A stretch of DNA of 64,000 nt from the NCBI GenBank assembly GCA_951406725.2, contig OX597825.1:66836001-66900000 (forward strand), given 5' to 3'. Under the pieces are notes generated by a model. That model searched no databases and was not told the origin of the DNA. It saw nothing but the letters and a program-made list of their open reading frames with translations. How positions within the stretch are numbered: the first letter of the stretch is position 1; every line of letters begins with the position of its first letter. This DNA is from Octopus vulgaris (Eukaryota). Shown here in pieces: positions 13,365 to 26,494 of this stretch. The position numbers and the translations under genes were made by a program.

Positions 13365-13688
13365 CGAAAGGATGAAAGGCAAAGTCGACCTGGGCGGAAT
13401 TTGAACTCAGAACGTAAAGCGGGATGAATTGAACTAGAACAAATATTGAAAGCAACTTTGTCCAGCACTAGAAACTACGTCAGTCCTAGATTGATACTGT
13501 ATTTAACTGGAAATAATGAAAGGTTAAGCTCCCGCTGACGAGGTTTGAACTGAAAATTTAAAAGCACCGCCAATCTGACAGTTATAACTTTCTCAAATTT
13601 TGCGTAGGGACAGATCTTATAACGTAAGAGAAGAACACACACACATACATATATATTGTGTGAATATTTGTATGAAATGTATGTAAGT

Positions 13689-14064
13689 GGTGGAAGCACT
13701 CCGTCGGTTACGACGATGAGGGTTCCGGTTGATCCGAATCAACGGAACAGCCTGATCGTGAAATTAACGTGTAAGTGGCTGAGCACTCCACAGACACGTG
13801 TACCCTTAACGTAGTTCTCGGGGATATTTAGCGTGACACAGAGAGTGACAAGGCCGGCCCTTTGAAATACAGGTACAACAAAAAGAGGAAGTAAGAGTGA
13901 GAGAAAGTTGTGGTGAAAGAGTACAGCAGGGATCACCACCATTCCCTGCCGGAGCCTCGTGGGGCTTTCGCTCAATAAACACTCACAACGCCCGGTCTGG
14001 GAATCGAAACCGCGATCCTATGACCGCGAGTCCGCTGCCCTAACCACTGGGCCATTGTGCCTCC
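13689..14064 (-). mobile_element. Family A SINE (tail type 3)
   Basis: tRNA head at 14064, tail ending CGTAACCGACGGAGTGCTTCCA; GTA(T/C)GTAAGT on both flanks. Confidence 0.85.
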
Positions 14065-14351
14065 GTACGTAAGTACGTATGAATCAAAATACATTTTATT
14101 TTGTGTGGCAAAATCTGTCTTGTGTGTTGAATTGTTTAACGTAGCCGTGCATCGGTTCAGTAGCAGAAACAGGATATATTCCAGCGCTACATACGTTATT
14201 TTCGTATAGCTGTTTTACTTTTCTTTATTTTAATGGTCTTTCATCATTCTGTTTTTACTGTATCATCTTAAAATTTGTTTCAAATTTTGGCCCAACGCCA
14301 GCAAGTCCGAGGGCGGAGGGGGCTAGTCGATTACATCGACGCCATTACTCA

Positions 14352-14783
14352 ACTCTTTTACTCTTTTACTTGTTTCACTCATGTGACTGTGGCCATGCTG
14401 GAGCACCGCCTTTAGTCGAGCAAATCAACCCCTGGACTTATTCTTTGTAAGCCTAGTACTTATTCTATCGGCCGCTTTTGCCGAACTGCTAACTTACGGG
14501 GACGTAAACACACCAGCATGGGTTGTCAAGTGATGTTGGCGGGGGTGGGGTGGGGGGGGGGCAAACACAGACACACAAACATATACACACACATACACAT
14601 TTATATATATACATATATACGACGGTCTTCTTTCAGTTTCCGTCTACCAAATCCTCTCACAAGGCTTTGGTAGGCCCGAGGTTATAGTAGAAGACACTTG
14701 CCCAAGGTGCCACGCAGTGGGACTGAATCCGGAACCATGCGGTTCATAAGCAAACTACTTACCACACAGCCACACCTACACCT
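14352..14783 (-). mobile_element. tRNA/CORE-like SINE with internal (TA/TG) microsatellite (family B), nested in a family C fragment
   Basis: Head GTGGCTGTGTGGTAAG, CCTTGGGCAAGTG segment, tail CAGCATGGCCACAGTC..GAAACAAGTAAAAGAG. Confidence 0.85.
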
Positions 14784-14798
14784 GGTACTTATTTTATC

Positions 14799-15055
14799 AG
14801 CGTACATGTTTTTAATTTATTTTTCCTTGCATTTTTTCAGTGATTGACTGAGAGAGAGAGAGAGAGAGAGCGAAAGATAGCGTAATGCTCCTCTCTCTCT
14901 CCCACTCAAACACACTATAAAAGATGCGAGAAAGAGTAAATAAAAATGTACGCTGTGTGTGTGTGTTTGTGTGTGTAAGGGAAGGAGTAACAGCGTACAT
15001 TTAAAAAATTTATTTTTCCTCGCATCTATTTTGAGCGAGTGTGTGAGTGATTGAC

Positions 15056-15109
<54 letters not shown>

Positions 15110-15158
15110 GCGTTACGCTATCACACACACACATACACACGCACACACACACACACAC

Positions 15159-15195
<37 letters not shown>

Positions 15196-15246
15196 CAATC
15201 ACTCAAAAAAGATGCGAGGAAAAATAAATTTATAAAATGTACGCTG
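14799..15246. repeat. Two tandem palindromic units (CAGCGTACAT...ATGTACGCTG) with GA/CT tracts
   Basis: Units at 14799-14955 and 14991-15246, each bounded by inverted repeats. Confidence 0.7.
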
Positions 15247-15284
15247 TCATTCTCTTTCTCCCTCACACGCATCATCACACACCT

Positions 15285-15340
<56 letters not shown>

Positions 15341-15789
15341 TCTATCTCGCACCCCACCATCAACATATGCGCACGTCCCTGTCATGCTCTCTCTCTTTCA
15401 CTTTATGCTAACATCAAACGAAATATACATTTCCAGTTCAAAAATCAAAAAAAAATATTTTACGGAATTTACCGAACGCTGTACCTTAGCAGCTGATAGA
15501 TCATTGACAACTATGTGACACAAAACAACGGATAGCCCTAGCTGTGACTTATCTCCTACCATAAAATCTTCGATGATATAATGATACCAGAAATAAATCA
15601 TTGCTTTAATCCCACACCTCAAAAAAACTTACGATCCAATGAGTGGAACACCTCAAACGGCACGTTTTCAATTAAAACAACTCAAAAGGGATAAAGGGCG
15701 CACGCATCACAACAACAATAACACCAAGTGTGTGTGTGTGTGTGTGTGTATAGATTTAAAATATACCGTTTTGTTAAGAACATTTTACA

Positions 15790-17177
15790 CAATCCTTCAA
15801 TAAATCTCAAATGGGATGAAAAGTACACGCTTTATCCGCCTAAACAGTGCAACGGAACATGCTTGGTGGTCCAGTCCCTAACGACCCACTTTATTGAGGC
15901 CACCATTGTTAGGAGTGCGGGAAGGGTGAAATGTTTTCATTTCAAGGATGAACCTTTATCCCTCGGGGTTAGACATGCCGTTTAACTTCCGCAGATCGCA
16001 GTTCCCAGAGAGGCCATGATTCGCCATATCCATCAACAAATCCCAAGGCCAAACACTATCGGTGACGGGCATCCATTTGGGCGACCCGAGCTTTTCATAT
16101 GGGCAACTTTATGTGGCCTGCTCACGTGTGGGGAGTAGAAACGGTGTTTTTGTGTATGCTCCTCGGGACAGAACACGTATTTTATAGACGTAGAAAGAAG
16201 AACAAGTCATAATTGCGGCCTATGTGGTTATAAACAGGTGATCCGGAAGCATTGGCCGAACATATTCTCAAACCATGGCAACATGACTCATGGACTCTTC
16301 CTCTTCTTTATTGGACAATGCTGACTCCTCCGACAACAATACTCACTCGGCCGATATCAGCGCTTGGCCAAGTTGCTCAAAGAGTTAGACTATAAGGACC
16401 AGGCCCCTTATTTTTAAGGCTGTTAGTACGTTTTCCCCAATGCATACCTTCGAATCAACGTTCTCCAATCCAGATCTCTAATGCAACCTTATCCAATCAA
16501 AATCTTTGAGTCAACCTTCTTCACTGCAGATTGCCAATGCAAACCTTCGATGCCTCCTTCTTCAGTGCAAACCTTTGATGCAACCTTCTCCAACGTAGAT
16601 CTTTGATGCAGATCTCCAAGGCAACCTTCTCCAATGCATATCTTCGATGCAGGCCTGACCGATAGTATCCCTGGGAAGGGTTAGGACTAGATCGGGATTA
16701 GTCGCTGCCTTTTAGAGGCTCCCGAATCCCCTTTCACTAGGTTAGCTTAGGTTTATGTTAAAGATTAGTTGTGATCCTAACATAACCACTTTTGACACAG
16801 AGGATTGGGAGCCCTTTTGGGCGTTCTATTTTCCTTGCCGAAAGGGTTCCCAACCCATGGGCCAAGCGGGGTTAGATGATGGGAGGGTTCGAAAGGGCCT
16901 GCATATGCAACCCGATGACCTCTGCCGGTCAAACTCCCAACCCATGCGTTCCCGTCGTGATACTGATTCTGCAGAACTGGGTTGGGTGTGAAAACTAACT
17001 TTAAAGTATAATTATAGAATTTTTGAATCAGCAATGTTGTGTTCGGTTAAGTGTTACCAATTTCAATGGATTTCGCTCAAATTTGATGTCGGTGTATTTT
17101 AGTTTGGTATAAAACAAAGCGCTTGATTAGCATACTAATCCTAACTTAATCCCGGGCAACGCCAGGCTACACTGCTA
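15790..17177 (+). mobile_element. Helitron remnant: Pif1-like helicase C-terminal fragment plus 3' terminus
   Basis: PPKQCNGTCLVV..IEATIV, FAISINKSQGQTL and FSYGQLYVACSRV at about 15820-16135; 3' hairpin CCCGGGCAACGCCAGG then CTAG|T at 17174-17178. Confidence 0.8.
16435..16650. repeat. Degenerate minisatellite (about 14/29-bp unit, TGCAACCTTCTCCAATGCAGATCTTCGA-like) inside the Helitron
   Basis: Recurring CAACCTTC / CAATGCA / GATCT words. Confidence 0.6.
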
Positions 17178-17189
17178 GTTATTATTATT

Positions 17190-17327
17190 AAGGCAGTTCA
17201 AATCCTGCCGAAGTCGACTTCGCCTTTCATCCTTTCGGTATCAATAAGTACCAGTTCAGTACTGGGGGCGATATAATCGACTTACACCCGCCATTAAAGT
17301 TGCTGGCCTTGTGCCAAAAATTAAAAC

Positions 17328-17330
<3 letters not shown>
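17190..17330 (+). mobile_element. Family C SINE fragment (variant tail GCTGGCCTTGTGCCAAAA) ending in (ATT)n
   Basis: B box GTTCAAATCC and Meta-like domain. Confidence 0.7.
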
Positions 17331-17379
<49 letters not shown>

Positions 17380-17794
17380 TGCTATAGGAATGATTTAAGT
17401 GCTTTGGATTCTCTACTCAAAGAAGATTTTGATGTAGTTAGTTTATTGTAAAACAATAAGGATTTGCAGAGGAGGTGGACAATGGTGAAACTCTCCGAGT
17501 AGGATTGTGTCTGTCAACCCACTTGACGAGAATAAAATGGCTGCACACATTTCTACAACATAAACATCGACGTATAACGTGCGAACATTTTTAACAACAA
17601 TCACGCCTACGTATTTCACACAGCTTTATCAACAGTATCATTTCACCACGATGTTGGGAAGCTACTTCTTGTATGAAAGTTTTGATTTGCCAACAAGTTT
17701 CCATTAAAATGACTTGGATAGCTAGATAATTTCCGCCGCTTTTTCGTTTTATGGCTTTCAGGTTTGTCTGTTCATTCAAGCATATTTTGCGCAC

Positions 17795-17844
<50 letters not shown>

Positions 17845-17845
17845 A

Positions 17846-17902
<57 letters not shown>

Positions 17903-18001
17903 GTATATATATATTTATGAATTTATTTACTTACTCTTTGAAGACTGAATTCCCAATTGAGCTTATGAATAAACGATAGATGTAGGTTTTTGTATATTTT
18001 G

Positions 18002-18037
<36 letters not shown>

Positions 18038-18177
18038 CACATATATATGTATGCATATATATATGTATATATATATGCATATATATACATACATATGTAT
18101 GTGTATATATATATTTATATATATATACATATATAATATATATATATTTATATACATATATATACATATATATATTG

Positions 18178-18213
<36 letters not shown>

Positions 18214-18334
18214 CATATAATATATATATATATATATATATTTAATATATATATATATATACATATATATATTTTGTGTATATATATATATATATATATA
18301 CAAAATATAAATATACGCACATACACACACACAA

Positions 18335-18386
<52 letters not shown>

Positions 18387-18388
18387 TT

Positions 18389-18425
<37 letters not shown>

Positions 18426-19905
18426 GTCTGCTCTGGTATATATAAGTATATTTTACTTACGATGCTTTCAAGGATATAGTTTACAAACCGCGTGTTTAAT
18501 TGCCTGTAAACAGGTTGTTTGTAAACACGTTGTAATATGGGTAAACTTTGAACTGTAAATCCTAAGCAAAACAAATAATATATGGAATTTTGATAGGAAA
18601 TTCTTGAAATGTACATAATGGTATTGCAGGCGTAAATTTCCAATAATAATGACGTTCGCTGAACAGAACAGTCTTTAAGCGTAGGGAATAAATTGTGTTT
18701 AATTGTATGGCGCTCTTCCATCTAAATTATTAGCTTATCGAAATACACACAGGGAACTTATAAGTATTCGTCACAGAGATAGCCAACACTGCATCAGAAC
18801 ACAGGAAGTCTTTGAAATTATGTGACTACCAAACTCTAAGAGACGAAAAGAAAGGGGAAAAATTTCCTTTAGATGTCGAGAATAAGGTATGTTGGTATAC
18901 ACACACACACACGCAAATATATATATATACGCGTATATATACGTGAATATATAAGTATGTATACATACATGTGTCCATATATACCGACCTACCTAACTGC
19001 CTGCCTACCTACCTACCTACCTACCTACCTACCTACCTACATACCTACCTACCTACCTACCTAGGTAGGTAGTTAGGTATGTATATATATATATATATAC
19101 ATAGTTAATCCAAACAAGAAAGCACAAAAAACACAACAACGCGAGGACATGGAATAAATATAGTATTATTGGACGCTCAGGAAAGAAGGAAAGAAGGAGG
19201 GCTTAACGTTTCGAGCGGAGTTCTTCGTCGGAAACATAGGAGAAGGAAAGATCCAGAGAAGGGAAGACTGAGGAAAAAATCGGCAACGGTTCACACGAGG
19301 TCATATATATATGTATGTATACAAAATCCCAAAACGAAATAAATATATGTATGTATATGGTAAATATCCAAGTGAGGTGTACACCGCAGGCTACTCATAA
19401 GGCCAGGGATTTCTTGATTAAATGGAAGTTTAAATTGTTGCAAGAATTTACACGTTAACGCATGGAAGATTCAATTGAAGATAAGTTATACATATTAATA
19501 ATAATGGAAAGATAGCAGAGAATGAAAGAGACCTCGATCTTATGTAAATGCAGGAATTTATTTGACTCGATAACTGAAGAGATGCCGGTGCACGTTTCCG
19601 CCCCGATATCCGAAACTCACAGTGTTATTATGGCAACCGCATGATTGTCACATTATATTACAAATACATACATACATACATATATATTCTCGCGTCTGAC
19701 CACTGTTCGAAGTCAGGACGCCATAATATATCGTTAGCTCCTACACGCATTTTTTCTCTCCTTGTTTTTCTCTGTGTATCTTTCTGTCGAAGAGCGTAGG
19801 CTCGAAACGTAAAAGACTTTTTTATATTCCTGAGCGCTATACTAATACATTTGTTTGTTTGTACTCCACCTGCCTTCGTCTTTTGTTTATTTTCGTAAAC
19901 TTTCC

Positions 19906-19985
<80 letters not shown>

Positions 19986-20257
19986 CCAGATATCGTGATC
20001 ATGTTTCTGCATGTATGTATGCATGTATGTATGTATGTCTTTATGCATGTATGTTTGCATGTATTATAGTCTTTATCATAGCTTGGGACCGCTAAATCCC
20101 CACTTAATCTACTCACAATGCTTTGGTTGGCACGGAGCACTAATAGATGATATTTACCAAAGTTTGGGGCAGCTGATGATGGGAGTATGTTGGATTGCTG
20201 TTATGGCTGTTTTGTTTATGTGAAATAGTATTAGAACACATCCTTTTGATATATAGA

Positions 20258-20319
<62 letters not shown>

Positions 20320-20366
20320 TGTGTGTGTATATATTTATGTATATATATATGTATGTATATATATCT

Positions 20367-20670
20367 GAGACCCCCTTCGGTCACGACACAGACAATGGGA
20401 TTGCACCTAGAAAGTTACCCTCCCCGGCACAAGTTCGAGCAAAGTTGTTTTATGGAAGACCAGCAGTCGCCCATGCATCCAAGGGAAAGGCACCGGCCGA
20501 TACAGCTTGGCACCTGTGACGTTGCAACTCATTTCTACAGTTGAGCTAACTGGAGCAACGTGAAATAAAGTGTCTTGCTCAAGAGCACAACACGCAGCCC
20601 AGTCCGGGATTCGAGCTCACAACCTCACGATCGTAAGCTCTACACTCTAACCACTGAGCCATACGCCTTC
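20367..20670 (-). mobile_element. tRNA SINE, family D
   Basis: tRNA head, CTTGAGCAAGACACTTTATTTCAC segment, tail ending TGACCGAAGGGGGTCT; second copy at 46742. Confidence 0.8.
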
Positions 20671-20673
20671 GCA

Positions 20674-20813
<140 letters not shown>

Positions 20814-21244
20814 TATAAATAAATATATGCACACAGTCATACACGCAGATACGTGAGTATGTATGTACTCGAGTAAAATGAAAATAGCCAATTATTACTA
20901 GTAAAAATCCGCACATATGGACAGACACACATTTGACGTATTCAGAAAAGGAGATTTATATAACAAAGTGCATTAAAAGATGTACTAACGTTAGGAGAGA
21001 TAGAGCGCAATGTAATAGCAGCTTTATATAAACGAATGCTGTTATCACCGACTTTCATTAAGGACTTAGTCACCAACATTAACCGGAAATTCTTCACAAT
21101 ATCATCGCACAATGCAATATTTGTCGAAGTAACAACGCCAACGTCATATTATACACACATCCATATAAACATGCATGCATCCATCCATCCATACATATAT
21201 ATATGTATATATGTATATATGTATATATATATATATATATATAT

Positions 21245-21662
21245 AAGCATACGAGTGGCTGTGTGGTAAGTAGCTTGCTTACGAACCACATGGTTCCAGG
21301 TTCAGTCCCTCTGCGTGCCACCTTGGGGAAGTGTCTTCTACTATAGCCTTGAGCTGACCAAAGCCTTGTGAGTGAATTTGGTAGACGGAAACTGAAAGAA
21401 GCCTGTTGTATGTATATATATATATATATGTGCGTGTGTGTGTGTGGTGTGTGTGTAGATGTTTGTGTGTCTGTGTTTGTCCCCCCAACATCGCTTGACA
21501 ATCGATGCTGTTGTGTTTACGCCCCCGTAACATAGCGGTTCGGTCGAAGAAACCGATAGAATAAGTTCTAGGCTTACAAAGAGTAAGTCCTGGTGTCGAT
21601 TTGCTCGACTAAAGGCAGTGCTCCAGCATGCCCGCAGTCAAATGACTGAAACAAGTAAAAGA

Positions 21663-21665
<3 letters not shown>
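21245..21665 (+). mobile_element. Family B SINE
   Basis: Full head, internal microsatellite and tail. Confidence 0.85.
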
Positions 21666-21748
<83 letters not shown>

Positions 21749-22069
21749 CCTTCAATGAAACGACTATGGAATCCAGAATCAAGAAATATGTGCATGTTTG
21801 TGTGTGTGGGTGTGTGTTTATGTATGTGTGAAGAAAAAAGTAAAAACCAAAAATAAGAGCAACAACAGAGAAAGTTGCAAAAGTCAAAAGAAAGCACACA
21901 ACGAATGTATCAGTTTGAGACTCGGAGAAGTTTGAAGCTGGTGAAAAGAAGTGACGTTTCGAGCATTTTTTCTTCGTCAGAAATAGAAAGGAGGAAAAGG
22001 TTCGGAGAATCAGGGGAATCATCCAAGAAAATCACGTGGGTCGATATATATATATATACATATATATAT

Positions 22070-22512
22070 ATTTTTTTTTTTTCTTGTTTCAGCTCAGAGC
22101 TGCGGCTATGCTGATGCACCGCCGTTTTGTGCTACACTGTTATTACGAAGAACCTCCTCTAATAAGTGGCACTTGGTGAAGAATGGAGTTTGATATAGCT
22201 ACTCTCATTTGCACCTCTTGCCGTGAGGTAGGTTCATCTGGGACTCTCGACAGGAAGATGTCCAGCTTTGATTTAAAAACCGCTACATCTACTTTGTGCA
22301 AGTTCCTCAGACTCTTTGGGAGAATATTAAAAAGCTGTGGGCCCTTGAAACCCAGGCTGTTGCAGAAGCTGGTCCTGATTCGTGATGGCATTGCTGGGAT
22401 CTTTGGCACTATGCAGTGTCATCCCGTTCTAGCATTGGTGTAGCTTACAATTGCCAAAATTTGGCACAATTCCTTCCAGGATCTTTCTTCCAGACATATA
22501 TTACTGCATACC
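22070..22512 (-). mobile_element. 5'-truncated CR1/L2-group LINE 3' end
   Basis: C-terminal GPQLFNILPKSLRNL..FKSKLDIFLSRVPDEP, upstream IYVWK, short 3' UTR and A-rich tail at about 22070-22083. Confidence 0.8.
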
Positions 22513-22523
22513 TATATGTATAT

Positions 22524-22557
<34 letters not shown>

Positions 22558-22747
22558 TTATTTATTTATTTATTTATATATACACACACAAATTTTTTGT
22601 CTCCTTGTTTCTTTCTGTGCTCCTTTCTGTGGAAGAGCGTAGGCTCGAAACGTAAAAGACTTTTTCAATTCCTGACCGTTATAGTAATATATCTATTTGT
22701 TTTCTACACCACATATCTTCGTCTTTCGTTTTTTCGTGAATTCTCCC

Positions 22748-22835
<88 letters not shown>

Positions 22836-24607
22836 TGTATGTATGTGTGTATGTATTCATACTTACATGCATGAATACCTTCATACATATGAACAATAAA
22901 CAAAACGATAATGTTAATAAGAGTAATGACTAATTTGTTAAGAACCTCTCCTTCTAGGCACATAGTTTCGGATCTATTCACTTCTACAATAGACCCGGAC
23001 CAACCAACACCATGTTTAGTTAAACTGTGTGGAAGCTCGTTGTATATTTGTATATAGATGAGAAGGGTGTTCTTGTTTTGTTTGTATCCCTAACCGCTTT
23101 ACAACCTGTGTTATGTGTACATCCCGGTAAACTAGCGGCTCGGCAAAAATATCCGCTGGAATAAGTACTACACGTTAAAAATAAGTGTCGGGGTCGATTT
23201 TTTCACCCTTCAAGGCGGTGCCTCTGCATGGCGCCAGTCCAATATCTAAAACAAGTTAAAGATAAGATTAGAGAAAAGTGAAAATATAAATTGAAAGAAA
23301 ACTTACCAAAAATATTTTTGGATGGCTGGAATGTTTATGAATATAATATAATGTTTCATTAGGTTTCTTGAAATATAAGAAGTGTTCGTTGTTACTATGA
23401 GGTGTGACGTCAAGACAATCTACTATCTTTAGATTGGACAGGGCTATTAGATTGAGGTTGAATTACTTGAAAATTATGGAAAAGTTTTTTTCAGAATCTT
23501 TCCGGTATTTGATAGTTGTTATTTCTGATTTTTTTGGCTGCATTCCAATGACTGAAACTTATAAAAGAATAAGCTATCTCTCAATACAAAGATCCGAGGA
23601 CAAAAGTTACCTTGTTCCATAAAGTCTTTACGATATAAAATATTATTCTCCGGTCATCTCAGCCGAGTGTCCACTTCCTCTGTTAACACTGAAAAATATG
23701 TTAGATTGTTTCTTTGTCTAGATACTATTATCTAACATAGAACAGAATTTCCTACATGAAAAAAATACAAAATCTGAGACGGTAATTGCTGAAAAATTCT
23801 TAGCGAAATTCTTAGAATCGAAATTGTATAATCGCTGACGTCAATTCGGCTTCTCTGTGTTTGAAAAGTATCTTTGTTGTAAAGTTATTGAAGCCAAGAA
23901 AGCAGAGATTCATTTTTTTTTTTTTCTGTTTTAGGAGGCAAATTTGACGCTAGCGCAACATGTCCGGAATATATCGGAATGTATTTACTAATAAAATAGA
24001 TATCTGTTTTATTTTGTGAGAATTATAAGTTCTGTTGAAGAGTTGTTCAGGTAATTAGAATTGTGACTCTTGAGAGTGAAATGTGGCTTTTGTAAATCTA
24101 AAGAATCTACTCAATTTTCTATTTTTCCTATCGTTGGCGACTTATTATTTTTGCGTTTTCTTCATAGATTAGTTAATTTTTCTTTTCTATTATTTGTTGG
24201 TAAACGTATAAGTGAAGCATATATTATTCCTCTATATTGATTTTATATCAGATTTTAATTTCCACTGAAGTGGCAAATACACTAAACTTATGATGACTTT
24301 TTTTTTTCAATTAATATATTAATTCTTTCCGAAATTGGTTTTTATGATTTTTAAGCATAATGTTCATAATCGATTTGAGAGGCACTTGTTTGCTTTCAAG
24401 GCCAAAATTTTAAGAAATTCTTCTTCTATAGCCTCTTTACTGAAAAGCATAACTCGCCACCTCAATTATTTTTAATGGAATGTTCAGTATTCTGAATAGA
24501 ATTTCTGCGAACGTAGTACAATAAGTTTTGTTAACAGACTGAGGTGGTGTTTTTACATAATTTTGCAACTACATTGCTTAAAAGCGATCTACCGAAAGAA
24601 AGGTAAT

Positions 24608-24815
24608 ATTGGTTTCAAAGTTTGGCACAAGGCCAGCAATTTTGAGGGAGTGGAGTCGTCGATTGCATTGACCTAGGTATTTTACTGGTATTTATTTTAT
24701 TGAAACATAAGGGATGAAAGGCAAAGTCAACCTCGGCGGAATTTGAACTCAGAACGTAGCGGCAGACGAAATACCGCTAAGCATTTTGCCCAGCGTGTTA
24801 ACGATTCTGCCGGCT
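24608..24815 (-). mobile_element. Family C SINE (variant tail)
   Basis: Head, B box, Meta-like domain and GCTGGCCTTGTGCCAAA tail. Confidence 0.75.
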
Positions 24816-24994
24816 CCCTTCCTTCGAAAGGACAGTAAAATTGGTCCCAAATTTTGGGACAATGCCAGTAAGATCAAGAGAGAGGGTAAGTCAAATACAT
24901 CGACACAGTGCTCGACTGATAAAATACCAGTCGATCACTGGGGTCGATGCAATCGACTATTCCCACTCCTCTTAGTGCCTATGGTAGAACGGAT

Positions 24995-25070
24995 TCTTCT
25001 TCTTCTTCTTCTTCTTCTTCTTCTTCTTCTTCTTCTTCTTCTTCTTCTTCTTCTTCTTCTTCTTCTTCTT

Positions 25071-25100
<30 letters not shown>
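24995..25100. repeat. (CTT)n microsatellite
   Basis: About 35 perfect units. Confidence 0.95.
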
Positions 25101-25101
<1 letters not shown>

Positions 25102-25221
25102 ACTCAGGTCTTGTGTACATAGTGGGCTCGCTGCCTGCAGACTACGTTACCATGCTATCTTTTCTTTTCAATTACCTAATACTTTCCTGATTATTCTAGC
25201 CTTGCCAAAGAGGCAAACCAA

Positions 25222-25378
25222 AGCTGGCAGAATCGTTAGCACGCTGGACGAAACGCTTAGCTGTATTCCGACTGTCGCTACGTTCTGAGTTCAAATTCCG
25301 CTGAGGTCTACTTTGCCTTTCATCCTTTCGGGGTCGATAAATTAAGCGCCAGTAAAACTTTAGGGTCGATGTAATCCC
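25222..25378 (+). mobile_element. Family C SINE fragment
   Basis: AGCTGGCAGAATCGTTAGCACG head and Meta-like domain. Confidence 0.75.
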
Positions 25379-25407
25379 TAAAAAGATTATTATTATTATT
25401 ATTATTA

Positions 25408-25850
25408 CTAGTGTGCCCGTGCCATCCAAAATGACATGAAAGCGATAAGGAAAATGAAATTAAAAGATTACAACCTTTATCTTAGGAATTGCTTCAACAC
25501 TACGTTACTAGTAAAAACCCTACCACCAATGGGTTTGCCTTGTTTTGGATGGCCCTTTAGCAACGTTTTAATATTATTACTGCTTCTACTTCTACTCAAT
25601 GCAACATAAAGTTGCCCATGGATGAATACTGCTGATAGTAGAATGTTGCCAACATTATTGAAGCTCTTCCTTTGTGATTTAATTATAGCCATTGCAAATG
25701 TTGGAATAACAGGAAACTGTCGTCAACTCATCCTAAAAGGAAGGGTTTCTCACTGGAACGAAGGTTGATGCGCGGAATAAAGGCCTCCTCTCCTTTATTA
25801 CTTTCATTAAGTATTTTTCCATGAATGAAAAAATCCATGATGGACAGCAC
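25408..25850 (-). mobile_element. Helitron remnant: helicase C-terminus plus 3' CTAG end
   Basis: RQFPVIPTFAMAIIKSQ and FIHGQLYVALSR on the minus strand; terminus GGCACGGGCACACTAG|T at 25408. Confidence 0.8.
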
Positions 25851-25854
25851 TAAG

Positions 25855-26045
25855 ACCAGCAATTTTGAGGGAGTGGCTTAAGTCGATTACATCAACCCCA
25901 GAGCTCAACTGGTACTTGTTTCATCGATCCCGAGAGGATGAAATGCAAAGTCGAGTTGACCGGAATTTGAACTCAGAACGTGTAGACGGACGAAATACCG
26001 GTAAGAATTTTGCCCGGCATACTAACGATTCTGCCAGCTGGCTAC
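25855..26045 (-). mobile_element. Family C SINE (degenerate)
   Basis: Similarity to the 12206 and 28096 copies. Confidence 0.7.
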
Positions 26046-26494
26046 ACTAAAAGGGTGTATATATTTATTGAGAAACTATACGCCCGGAGTGTGTCGCAGT
26101 TTATAATTCATACTTTTATAAAACTATTTAAAACAGTGCCGTATTGAACTGCGCTTCAAATGTCTTCTATATAATTTCCATATAAACGTCTGTTATTTAG
26201 AGACCATTTGCAACATATAGGTAATTAGGAATTCTACTGACTATTGAAAATTAATTATTATTTCCCGCGTTTCTCCGGAGAATGTCTGGCCAGAAAAGTA
26301 CAACAGCTGTCAAGAAGATGCTTTATTACAGATGTCAACTAACTGCATATTAGTCAGAAATGTAGGTACCCTTTAGATATCATAATGTAATAGGAGGAAT
26401 CAGAAACATACACACACAAATATATGCACATATATGTTTACATACATAGATGTACATGCATAAATACACGCACATACACAGATACATGTACATA

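Noticed and set aside
13530-13560. CTGACGA-GGTT-tg-AACT-GAAA hammerhead-like string
   Set aside because: No helix I complement, and it lies in a decayed family C SINE B-box region; likely chance.
23300-24600. AT-rich unique-looking stretch as a possible decayed transposase
   Set aside because: No diagnostic motif could be read in any frame.
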